Source: a bacterium
GTDB taxonomy: Bacteria > JACRDZ01 > JAQUKH01
Assembly: GCA_028719205.1 (NCBI GenBank)
Contig: JAQUKH010000001.1
Location: forward strand, 144,603 to 197,039
DNA length: 52,437 nucleotides
Direction: 5' to 3'
The translations under genes and the position numbers were made by a program. The notes below the pieces were generated by a model that saw only the letters and a program-made list of their open reading frames with translations, was not told where the DNA came from and made no database searches. Below, piece by piece: positions 19,212 to 27,586 of this stretch. Numbering within the stretch: position 1 is the stretch's first letter; each line of letters begins with the position of its first letter.

Positions 19212-20989
19212 TAAAACACCGCTGTTACTTCTCCGCCGATCTTACGGATAAAATAATCCAAACTGTCATTTTCATCATTATTATCCAATATACTATATTT
19301 TAAACTAAATGATACATTTTGAGATATATAAAACTTTGACTCTATGTCGCGGCTGAACCTCTCTAAAACTTTGACGCCATTCTGGCTGGTATAATCATAT
19401 TCCAGGTATGGGATCAAAACGCACTTATCTTTCCAAAGAACAATATTTGATTGAATATTCGCTAAATAATATATCTGTTTCTGGCCGAGATTTTTATATT
19501 TAAAATAATTATAATTAAAATATGGCAGCAAACTGAGCCTGTCTTTTTTTATACCCCAATTCCACGAGACATACCCGGAATATCCTGAGTAATCATTTGT
19601 ATTCAGCAGATTGTCTTTATATTTCGAATACTGAACATTATAAGTAACCCAGGTTTCCTCACTATATTCATCGCGAATAGTTACCGCGTAAGTATCATCA
19701 TTCGTATCTTTTTCATCAGGCCTGTTACCATTTTTAGTTGTATTTTTATATTTAAATTCAGTGTTTCCCGATTCAGGATAATATTTAAATTTATATTCCT
19801 GGATCCTGGTAACTGTAGTTGTTTCAATATCCGATTTATTCACATTATCATTATATTTTTCAAAATTTCCCACTAGAGAATATTTCTTTGACAAAATAAA
19901 CTCATTTTCAAAGTCATAACCTTTTTTATCGGTTTCCAGATATGGATTTCCTTCACTGTGATAATTCGGATCAACTTTCTGGTAAATCATCTTTGTCAGC
20001 CATATTTTAGTTAAATAATTTATTTTGATGTTTGAAGCCTGATCCGTAAAAGTAGTATCCTTATCACCTTTCCGATATTTACTTTCCCCATATTCACTAT
20101 CTATCTTCAGCCTGTCATCTAAAAAATGAAAATGCCCATCAATCCCGATAATATCATTTTTCAACACCGGATACAAACTGGATGTTGAATCGACTGATTG
20201 TGGATTTGGTATTGAGGACATATCATCTTTTGCCGAAATAATATTCGCTCCCGCATCAAAAAAACGGTTAAATTTATTTTCAACCCTTATGGCTGCCATA
20301 TGCTGGCTGAAATCTCCTTCCTTAACATCCAGGATATTATTGCCGTTACTATCCTCTCCCGGATCAATTATTGAGTTCCCGTTTCTGTCCTCTTTAATAG
20401 GCTCTATTGCCTGTTGAGATTGCGCGACAAAAGCTTGAATAATCAGCCTCTCATTAAAAACTTTTTTAAATCCCAAACCTCGGACAGTTAAACCCTCTAA
20501 AGTAATACTTGAATAGCTTGGATAAAAATCACCCGCGTTAATTGTAACATCGCCTTTTACCGCCTCTAAACGAAAAGTATCAACAATAAGCCTCTTTTTC
20601 CAGGTACTAAAAGACAGATCAGCCAGATTCGATAGGTCCCACCCTGAATTTGTACCCATTAATAAATAACTTAACTTTTGGTTCAAACCTGAATAGTCTG
20701 TCCCGACTTCTTTCAGATTGTCATTCATCTTGATGTCTGTTAACGAATAAGTAAGGCTTCCAGCGATATTATATCTTTTAATGTTATACCAATCAGGTTG
20801 TTTTTGCAAAGCATCCGCAGTATCGCTTTTCATTTCCACAGCAGTTTCTTTCATCATAGTAGTGTCCACCGTTTCAACTGAATCTACCTGTGCCATATCA
20901 TTTTGCGCGCCGGAGGAATTAACTAATAGAACAGAAATGGATATAAAAACGGCAATAAAAGCCTTTTTATATTTTTTGTAGAAGCTCAT
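19211..20989 (-). CDS. Predicted outer-membrane beta-barrel protein with a Ca-binding loop insertion
   Basis: Signal peptide from ATG 20989; alternating Tyr/Phe-rich amphipathic strands; GDFYP.YS..TL.G...RG and Y..V.P.Y.S.GNP motifs; C-terminal GGEVTAVF beta-signal. Confidence 0.65.
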   Translation of the reverse strand: MSFYKKYKKAFIAVFISISVLLVNSSGAQNDMAQVDSVETVDTTMMKETAVEMKSDTADALQKQPDWYNIKRYNIAGSLTYSLTDIKMNDNLKEVGTDYSGLNQKLSYLLMGTNSGWDLSNLADLSFSTWKKRLIVDTFRLEAVKGDVTINAGDFYPSYSSITLEGLTVRGLGFKKVFNERLIIQAFVAQSQQAIEPIKEDRNGNSIIDPGEDSNGNNILDVKEGDFSQHMAAIRVENKFNRFFDAGANIISAKDDMSSIPNPQSVDSTSSLYPVLKNDIIGIDGHFHFLDDRLKIDSEYGESKYRKGDKDTTFTDQASNIKINYLTKIWLTKMIYQKVDPNYHSEGNPYLETDKKGYDFENEFILSKKYSLVGNFEKYNDNVNKSDIETTTVTRIQEYKFKYYPESGNTEFKYKNTTKNGNRPDEKDTNDDTYAVTIRDEYSEETWVTYNVQYSKYKDNLLNTNDYSGYSGYVSWNWGIKKDRLSLLPYFNYNYFKYKNLGQKQIYYLANIQSNIVLWKDKCVLIPYLEYDYTSQNGVKVLERFSRDIESKFYISQNVSFSLKYSILDNNDENDSLDYFIRKIGGEVTAVF

Positions 20990-22853
20990 AAATTTTAGTC
21001 TCAGCCTTTCTTCCTTTAACTGTAACATTCCCTAGATCTTTTACAATAAATTTATCTCTAACTTTCTCATAAGTAGATTCACTGATAATTATGCTTGTTT
21101 TATAATCTTTGTTCAACGATTCGATTCTTGAACCTAAATTCACATTATCACCGATAACCGTATAATCCATTTTAGTATCTGAACCCATATTCCCCAGGAT
21201 CATATTACCTGTATTAATGCCAACGCCGATCTTAAACTGATGTTTCCCTTTTTCTTCCTGTTCCTTAGAAAACTTATTTGCCTCTTCTATCATCTCTAGC
21301 GCGCAGAGACAAGCACGCTCGGCATGGTTTGCCTGAATAATTGGAGCCCCAAAAACTACCATTATCGCGTCACCTATGAATTTATCAAGCATTCCGTCAT
21401 GTTTAAAAACGATCTTTGCCATCCTTCTGAAATATTCATTTAAAACCGCAACATTTTCCTTTGGTGAAAGATTTTCAGAAAATGTCGTAAAACCCCTGAT
21501 ATCTGAGAATAAAACTGTAAGTTCTTTTTCCTCGCCGTAAAGATTGATCTTTTCAGGATCCTGCATTAATTCTTTTAATACTGCAGGAGAAACATATCTC
21601 TGGAACGCGCCTTGTATGAATTTCTTTTGTTTCCGTTCAGATAAATATTTATAACCCAGATTGCCCGTAAAACTTGTAAAAATTACCAAAGTCGGTTTTA
21701 TCAACGGGAGCCAGATACTATTTTTCTGAAAAAGAACTAACGCGGAAGTAAAATATAGAATCCATAAAAATGCTGTTGCTATTATCGAAATTCCAAGTGA
21801 AAAAATATTAGATATAACAAAACAAAATAAGCTTAAAAATAATAGAATTATTATGGCCTGCTTACTATTTAATTCTATCACAAAATTTTTGTTTATAATA
21901 GTAAAAAAAGCATTAGCATTTATTTCAATTCCCGGTGATATTTCCTTAACAGGAGTCGACCTTAGATCATAAGCTCCGGCGGCTGTCGCGGCAATAAAAA
22001 CAATCTTATCCTGAAAATACTCCTTTGGTACAATTTGCTCATAAATCTTCCAAAAAGGTATATACCTGAAAACATAATAACCGGCATAATTCACGAGCAT
22101 TTGATTATCTTTTCCGACAGGGATTTTTATATCATTAAAATGAAAATATTTGCCTTTTTCAAGCCGAATATTTTCATTTGAAATACCTAAATAATCTATA
22201 GCCATTTTAACCGCAAACTGCGGATACGCCCTTTCTTCATGCTTTATAAAAAGCGGAATACGGCGGATTATTCCATCCCGGTCATTTTTCAGGTTGATAA
22301 ATCCAATACCCTTTGAATTCTGAACAATCCCATAAATAGGCGGGAAAATATATTGTTCCCAATAAATAGCAGTATCTAATTCATTTCCTAATGGATAGCT
22401 GAATGAACGTATTATTTCGTCATTAGTTCCTGGTTTAGCAGAAAAATAATAGCTTGAATATACTCTTTGCGATCTTTTTATTGATTCAATAAGCAGGTTA
22501 TCATCTTTCAGATCTTTTGAATTTTCAGTAAAAAGAACATCGAAACCTATCTGTTTTGCCCCGCCTTCGCTTATATAATCAAGTACCTTAGCATACATAC
22601 TTCTCGGCCATTCGCTGATCCTGCCTAATTTTGTCGCGGATTCATCATCAATTTCAATAATAACAATGTTCTGAAATTCTTCCTTAAATTTTTTATTGTA
22701 ATAATCCGTGCGGAAATTAAAACGGCTGTCTAAAGTTTTTCGTTCAAAATCCTCAAAAAAACTCAAATATTCAGTAAAGAGCAGAATAAATAACACCGAG
22801 CAGACACTTATAGCAAAACCTATTGAAAGGTTTTTTACCTTTGACTTCTCCAT
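20967..22853 (-). CDS. CHASE2-domain class III adenylate cyclase
   Basis: IVIIEIDDES, WPRS.YA, IGFDVLF, DRDGIIRRIPL (CHASE2); three TM helices; FSDIRGFT, DKFIGDA (ATP-specifying Lys), YTVIGDNVNLGSRIE, VKGR. Confidence 0.93.
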   Translation of the reverse strand: MEKSKVKNLSIGFAISVCSVLFILLFTEYLSFFEDFERKTLDSRFNFRTDYYNKKFKEEFQNIVIIEIDDESATKLGRISEWPRSMYAKVLDYISEGGAKQIGFDVLFTENSKDLKDDNLLIESIKRSQRVYSSYYFSAKPGTNDEIIRSFSYPLGNELDTAIYWEQYIFPPIYGIVQNSKGIGFINLKNDRDGIIRRIPLFIKHEERAYPQFAVKMAIDYLGISNENIRLEKGKYFHFNDIKIPVGKDNQMLVNYAGYYVFRYIPFWKIYEQIVPKEYFQDKIVFIAATAAGAYDLRSTPVKEISPGIEINANAFFTIINKNFVIELNSKQAIIILLFLSLFCFVISNIFSLGISIIATAFLWILYFTSALVLFQKNSIWLPLIKPTLVIFTSFTGNLGYKYLSERKQKKFIQGAFQRYVSPAVLKELMQDPEKINLYGEEKELTVLFSDIRGFTTFSENLSPKENVAVLNEYFRRMAKIVFKHDGMLDKFIGDAIMVVFGAPIIQANHAERACLCALEMIEEANKFSKEQEEKGKHQFKIGVGINTGNMILGNMGSDTKMDYTVIGDNVNLGSRIESLNKDYKTSIIISESTYEKVRDKFIVKDLGNVTVKGRKAETKIYELLQKI

Positions 22854-22861
22854 AGTTTATA

Positions 22862-22890
22862 ATACTAAACACATTTGATTATTTTTACAA
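22862..22890 (-). promoter_or_regulatory. Candidate sigma70 promoter of the cyclase operon, near-leaderless
   Basis: TTGTAA-N17-TAGTAT, 8 nt before ATG 22853, no SD. Confidence 0.5.
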
Positions 22891-22891
22891 G

Positions 22892-23608
22892 TTATTTTTT
22901 CAATTTTTCAATTTCACTTTTTACCAAATACCTGAAATTACCTTCTCTCAGGTCCCCTAAATTAACCGGCCCGAACTTTATTCTTTTGAGTTCCACAAGA
23001 TAATATCCTATATTGTTTATCATCTTCCTGATCTGGCGTTTTTTTCCTTCAGTAATGGTTAATTTTATTTCAGAAATATCCGAATTCCGGCTGATCACCT
23101 CTACTTTGGCAGGGGAAGTTTTTATGCCGTCAACCATAATACCAGCTTCAAGCCGCGCGATATCAATATCTTTTATATCATTCTTTATTTTAATATAATA
23201 TACTTTATTGATCTCAAATTTGGGATGAGTTAGTTTAAAACACATTTCACCGTCATTAGTCAAAAGCAGCAAGCCGGTTGTATCTTTATCCAATCTGCCG
23301 ACGGGAAATAGTTTTACATTAATTCCCTTCAACAGATCAAAAACCGTCTTTTCCGCGTGAACATCTTTAACAGTAGTAATATATCCCCTGGGCTTATTTA
23401 ATAATATGTAAATATTCTCTTCTTTTGAAGGAACAACTATTTTGTTATTAAATATAACTTTATCTTTTTCAGGATCAATTTTAAGGCCCGGGTTCATTGC
23501 CTTTTGCCCATTTACCGAAATTTGCCCTGAACGCATTAATTCTTCAGCAGAACGGCGCGAAGCAATACCGCAGTCGGCAAGATATTTTTGTAATCTTATT
23601 TGTGCCAT
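22892..23608 (-). CDS. rluB: rRNA pseudouridine synthase, RsuA/RluB family with S4 domain
   Basis: RLQKYLA.CG.ASRR, LNKPRG, PVGRLDKDTTGLLLLTNDG, EGKKRQIR. Confidence 0.85.
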   Translation of the reverse strand: MAQIRLQKYLADCGIASRRSAEELMRSGQISVNGQKAMNPGLKIDPEKDKVIFNNKIVVPSKEENIYILLNKPRGYITTVKDVHAEKTVFDLLKGINVKLFPVGRLDKDTTGLLLLTNDGEMCFKLTHPKFEINKVYYIKIKNDIKDIDIARLEAGIMVDGIKTSPAKVEVISRNSDISEIKLTITEGKKRQIRKMINNIGYYLVELKRIKFGPVNLGDLREGNFRYLVKSEIEKLKK

Positions 23609-23621
23609 TTTATTCAGGAAA

Positions 23622-24467
23622 TTATTTTACAATAATTTCAATTAAATTATAACTTTTTTCTTTAAGAAGGTTTTTAAGATGTTTTGAAGTTCTCTTAGAA
23701 GACGATGAAATATAATTGATCAAATATTCCTGTTTATTCGCATTGGTTTCATTTTGAGGGATCAATAAGCGATCCGCTTTTATTTTCAATTCATACCTTC
23801 CGAAACATATCACTACCAATGTATTTTTTACTAACTGGTAATCCTCTACCTTCATAAATAACTTATCTACTTCCGAAGGAGATTTATTTTCAGCTTCATT
23901 CAGGATATTCTGCAATGGTTCACTTTCAATAGTATCCGACGGAATTACGTCGTCTATTTTAGCAAATTGCGTATTTTCAGGAAGCAATATCTTTGTCCCA
24001 ACCCATAGAACATCCGGATTTTTTATTAATGGATTCATTTTCAGGCATAAATTGATAATATTTTTTAATTTTATTGGACTGACTAAATTATATTTATTTG
24101 AAAGAATTGACCATAAGGAATCCCCTCTTTTGACCACATAGCTTACCGATTTTATCTCAACAGTTTCAGGGGCATCAATTATGGCGTCAGTTTTAATATT
24201 ATCTGAAGCGGCATATTTTATATCGACTTCTTTTGTCAATTTCAATTTTCTATTGCTGTAAATAACATTATCGTCCTTTATCCATGGATTAGCCTGCCTT
24301 ACTTCCTCCGCGAAACTTGAAAAATCCAACGGATTTATATGTAATTCGTTAATGGCAATATCCCAGAGAGTGTCCCCCTCTTTTATTGTATATTCAAACT
24401 CATAATCACAGTAAGAATAACTGCTAATGCCTAAAATAATAAATATAATTGTTAAATATTTTTTCAT
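23622..24467 (-). CDS. Secreted protein with two LysM domains
   Basis: Signal peptide; YTIKEGDTLWDIA..NPWI and YVVKRGDSLWSI..NPLIKNPDVL..G.KILLP. Confidence 0.8.
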   Translation of the reverse strand: MKKYLTIIFIILGISSYSYCDYEFEYTIKEGDTLWDIAINELHINPLDFSSFAEEVRQANPWIKDDNVIYSNRKLKLTKEVDIKYAASDNIKTDAIIDAPETVEIKSVSYVVKRGDSLWSILSNKYNLVSPIKLKNIINLCLKMNPLIKNPDVLWVGTKILLPENTQFAKIDDVIPSDTIESEPLQNILNEAENKSPSEVDKLFMKVEDYQLVKNTLVVICFGRYELKIKADRLLIPQNETNANKQEYLINYISSSSKRTSKHLKNLLKEKSYNLIEIIVK

Positions 24468-24487
24468 AATAACCCGCCTGAATTTAA

Positions 24488-24514
24488 TTATCGGCTAATC
24501 TTTAAAACATTTTA
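24488..24514 (-). promoter_or_regulatory. Sigma28 (FliA/SigD) promoter
   Basis: TAAA-N15-GCCGATAA, an exact consensus match, 20 nt upstream of the LysM ATG. Confidence 0.75.
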
Positions 24515-24517
24515 ATA

Positions 24518-25048
24518 CTATTTTATATTCGATATTTTATTATGGTATGTGGATCTTACTTTTTGGAAAAAAGACAGGCTGATATCTGATTTATAATCAG
24601 GGTATGTCCATGGCCATCCTCTGTAATTCTTATCCTGATAATAAAGGGTAACTTCGGCATAAATGCCTTTTCCGATATATATCCGGTGCGTAAAATCTTT
24701 GGTTGACGCGAGAACCAGTTTGGCGAGAGTTAAATAACCCGGGTCAATATTGACTATCCGTTTATTATCTTTTAAATGCTTAGATTCGATCTGATTTGTA
24801 AATATCTTAATATCCGAAAGCGATACAGGATCAATTAATTTTTCAAATGAAATAAATTTCTTTTTTAGGCCCAGGCCCATTTCTTTTTCATAATAATCCG
24901 TGTAAGTAAAATCAAATATTTCGCTTTTAAGGTCAATGAGCCCGTATTCAGCTGCAAGTTTTTCCTCAACAACATTAAAAAGCTCCAGATTATTTGAATA
25001 AATAGCGGTAATCAGCTTAACAGGAAGGCTATTTCTTTCTTTGCCCAT
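24518..25048 (-). CDS. DUF4416-family protein
   Basis: F..TDYYEKEMG, R.VNIDPGYL, VLASTK.F.HRIY...GIYAEVTL, WTYPDY; start at ATG 25048 after a GGGG SD. Confidence 0.8.
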   Translation of the reverse strand: MGKERNSLPVKLITAIYSNNLELFNVVEEKLAAEYGLIDLKSEIFDFTYTDYYEKEMGLGLKKKFISFEKLIDPVSLSDIKIFTNQIESKHLKDNKRIVNIDPGYLTLAKLVLASTKDFTHRIYIGKGIYAEVTLYYQDKNYRGWPWTYPDYKSDISLSFFQKVRSTYHNKISNIK

Positions 25049-25742
25049 GAATCCCTTTCTTTTTTCTTTGCTCCATGCCTTTCCCATCGCATACCTTTAC
25101 GCAAATTCCGCATATAAATTGACCAATGCCGGGGATTTTAGCGAATTCCTTCAGTTTTCCTAAACAATCTTCGCGTTTAAAATTTCGCGAATCTTTTTCG
25201 ATAGCGCTTATTGGACAAACAGAAATACATTTATAACAATCGCCGCAACCCGTTTTAAGTGGAGAACCGGTATCCAGCGGGTAATTCGTAAGTATTGTCG
25301 CGTACCGCGCCTGCGAACCATAAACAGGATTGACCAAAAGGTTATTCCTGCCCCACCAGCCAAGGCCCGCGTTAAAAGCTACGGAACGGTGTGAAACCTG
25401 AGCTAATTGTTTTTTCCAGTCAATGATCTGTGACGCGGGTATCGGTATCGCCTTATATCCCTTGCTTTGTATCAATAGAGCGACATCATGCGTGATCTTA
25501 TCAATAATATTATTCGTTTGCCTGTAATGATGAAAATAAAGCTGCGTCGGGTGGTCTTTTATCGTTTCTAAAATTCCCGAAAGCAATGGCATCCCGATGG
25601 AAATCCCAAAATTCAGATCATCCAAAATCTTTCTATCATCAAAAATAAATTCTTCTTTAAGTTTCGATATATCCGCGACTCCGCTTATGACTATCCCAAT
25701 TTTTTTTAAATAGTTTTTTATTATTTTGTTATTATTTTCCAT
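25029..25742 (-). CDS. QueG/reductive-dehalogenase-like 4Fe-4S dicluster protein
   Basis: SH...A..AGLG..GRNNL...P.YGS..R..TILT; CGDCYKCISVCP and CGICVKVC; start at ATG 25742. Confidence 0.75.
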   Translation of the reverse strand: MENNNKIIKNYLKKIGIVISGVADISKLKEEFIFDDRKILDDLNFGISIGMPLLSGILETIKDHPTQLYFHHYRQTNNIIDKITHDVALLIQSKGYKAIPIPASQIIDWKKQLAQVSHRSVAFNAGLGWWGRNNLLVNPVYGSQARYATILTNYPLDTGSPLKTGCGDCYKCISVCPISAIEKDSRNFKREDCLGKLKEFAKIPGIGQFICGICVKVCDGKGMEQRKKKGIHGQRKK

Positions 25743-25743
25743 G

Positions 25744-25968
25744 TTATTTTTTATCAAATATAAAATAAATACTTGTCGCAATAGCAATAATAATTGATAT
25801 TACCAGTATTAAAATACCGCTTAGGAAAAGAAAACTTCCTGAAAAATAAAAAATCTCATTATCCCTGTAAAAATAGTACATGGCATATTGCGAAAACCCT
25901 AAAACACCAAGTACACTTCCTATCCATATCGACGAAGCAAATATTATTTTCCAAGATTTTTCAGTCAT
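25744..25968 (-). CDS. Small two-TM membrane protein
   Basis: 74 aa, two hydrophobic segments, AAGGA SD, fits exactly between its neighbours. Confidence 0.65.
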   Translation of the reverse strand: MTEKSWKIIFASSIWIGSVLGVLGFSQYAMYYFYRDNEIFYFSGSFLFLSGILILVISIIIAIATSIYFIFDKK

Positions 25969-25977
25969 TTTAATCCT

Positions 25978-26901
25978 TTATTTTTTTGTTATCGCGATAG
26001 CCGAGTACCCGACTACTTTGTTTTTGTCGCCCGCCGGGACATCCCCTGAATTAGCCATGTTTAAAACCTGGACATTATTCGCGCCCATTTTTTTAGTAAC
26101 GATCATTTCAACTAAAACCCCCGATAAGCCGCAAAGCTGGGTTTCATTATGCATAGCAGGTTTTATTAAAGCCAACGGATCAAGAGTTTTAATTGCTTCA
26201 ATACCGATATTATCCATTTTTTGAGCGGTCTTATAATCATAATAGTGTGATAGATCCGTGCTTGCGATCAATAAAACATTTTTATCTTTTATCGCGTTAT
26301 AAATAATCTCAGCCGCCGATTCCAGTATTTCATAAGATTGTGTCCCGAATACGATAGGTATTATCTCAAAACCCGGCTTCAAAACCCGTTGTAAAAACGG
26401 TATCTGAACTTCAATCGAATGTTCATTGATATGTGGAAGCATATCCGCCTTGAATATTTTATCATTTTTTAATAGTGTTTCTGCAATAGATTTATTTATC
26501 TTTACTTCGCCAAGAGGTGTCAGGAAATAATTATCATCCCCGTTTTTATAATATATCGAACCATAATTAAAAGGCATAATATGGCTGCCGCCCAAAATTA
26601 TCACAACATCATATTTTGTATCTTTTATTAATTTATAGGAATAAGCCGCCACCTGCCCCGAATAAACATAACCCGCGTGCGGGCTTATCAGGCCCAGAAG
26701 CTCCCCTGCAGGTTTCACAGGATTAGCCTTAGCCAGGAACTCATCAACCATTTTTATCAATTCTTCTTTCCCGTCGGGATAGAACTGCCCCGCGACAGCC
26801 GGTTTTCTTATCATTTTCGCGTCAGTTTCTCTAATAAATAAGTTTAGAAAAATGATTGCTGTAAAAATCATAAAATAAAACAATATTTTAGTTTTCATCA
26901 T
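25978..26901 (-). CDS. amrB: AmmeMemoRadiSam system protein B (MEMO1 family) with an N-terminal hydrophobic leader
   Basis: RKPAVAGQFYP, PHAGYVYSG, EHSIEVQIPFLQ, ASTDLSHY, LCG, NSGD..VVGY. Confidence 0.88.
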   Translation of the reverse strand: MMKTKILFYFMIFTAIIFLNLFIRETDAKMIRKPAVAGQFYPDGKEELIKMVDEFLAKANPVKPAGELLGLISPHAGYVYSGQVAAYSYKLIKDTKYDVVIILGGSHIMPFNYGSIYYKNGDDNYFLTPLGEVKINKSIAETLLKNDKIFKADMLPHINEHSIEVQIPFLQRVLKPGFEIIPIVFGTQSYEILESAAEIIYNAIKDKNVLLIASTDLSHYYDYKTAQKMDNIGIEAIKTLDPLALIKPAMHNETQLCGLSGVLVEMIVTKKMGANNVQVLNMANSGDVPAGDKNKVVGYSAIAITKK

Positions 26902-27580
26902 TTGTTCTCAAATTACTTTCGATATAGTCCTTGAATCCGTCAAAAGAACACTCTTTTAAAGACAGGCTCATAGAGCATTTTCCCACATTATTGACTTCAT
27001 GGCAATCAGAAAAAGTCAAAGGGATAATATTATACCTGCTGTATCTTTCCATAAATTCCTCTTTTTTATCCGAATAATGCAGATCAAACAAATAAATTCC
27101 GAGTTTTATTAATACAGGAATTGATAACATTCGGCTTTCATTTTTATCCTGATGCGTGGAAATGATCAACACGTTATACTTATTTAATATTTTTACTGCA
27201 TCGGGAAGTTTTTTTGTAATCAGGAATTTGCCATTCCCATGTTCTTCATCCGGGACTTTTAATTCAGAAAGTAATTTATTCCCAATGTTTTCTATATTGT
27301 TTTCTTCGCTGAAAATAATTACTAAAGAAAGTTTCTCGTGAGAATCTGTCTTTACAGAGAGTTCCATTCCGGGAAGCACTTTAACCTTTTCCTTTAAACC
27401 AATAGCTTTTATATCTAAATAATTTTTTAAAGTATAATGGTCGGTAACAGCGATAAGATCTAAACCCTTATCTTTTGCCTGTTGGATAATTGCCTTATTT
27501 ATACCGTCATTATCAAGATTATCAGCTTTAAAGCATTTAGAGGCTTTTGTATGAACATGAAGATCTAAATTATATAACAT
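26888..27580 (-). CDS. PHP-domain metallophosphoesterase
   Basis: DLHVHT, IAVTDH, PGMELS, FSDCH. Confidence 0.8.
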   Translation of the reverse strand: MLYNLDLHVHTKASKCFKADNLDNDGINKAIIQQAKDKGLDLIAVTDHYTLKNYLDIKAIGLKEKVKVLPGMELSVKTDSHEKLSLVIIFSEENNIENIGNKLLSELKVPDEEHGNGKFLITKKLPDAVKILNKYNVLIISTHQDKNESRMLSIPVLIKLGIYLFDLHYSDKKEEFMERYSRYNIIPLTFSDCHEVNNVGKCSMSLSLKECSFDGFKDYIESNLRTNDEN

Positions 27581-27586
27581 ATAAAA

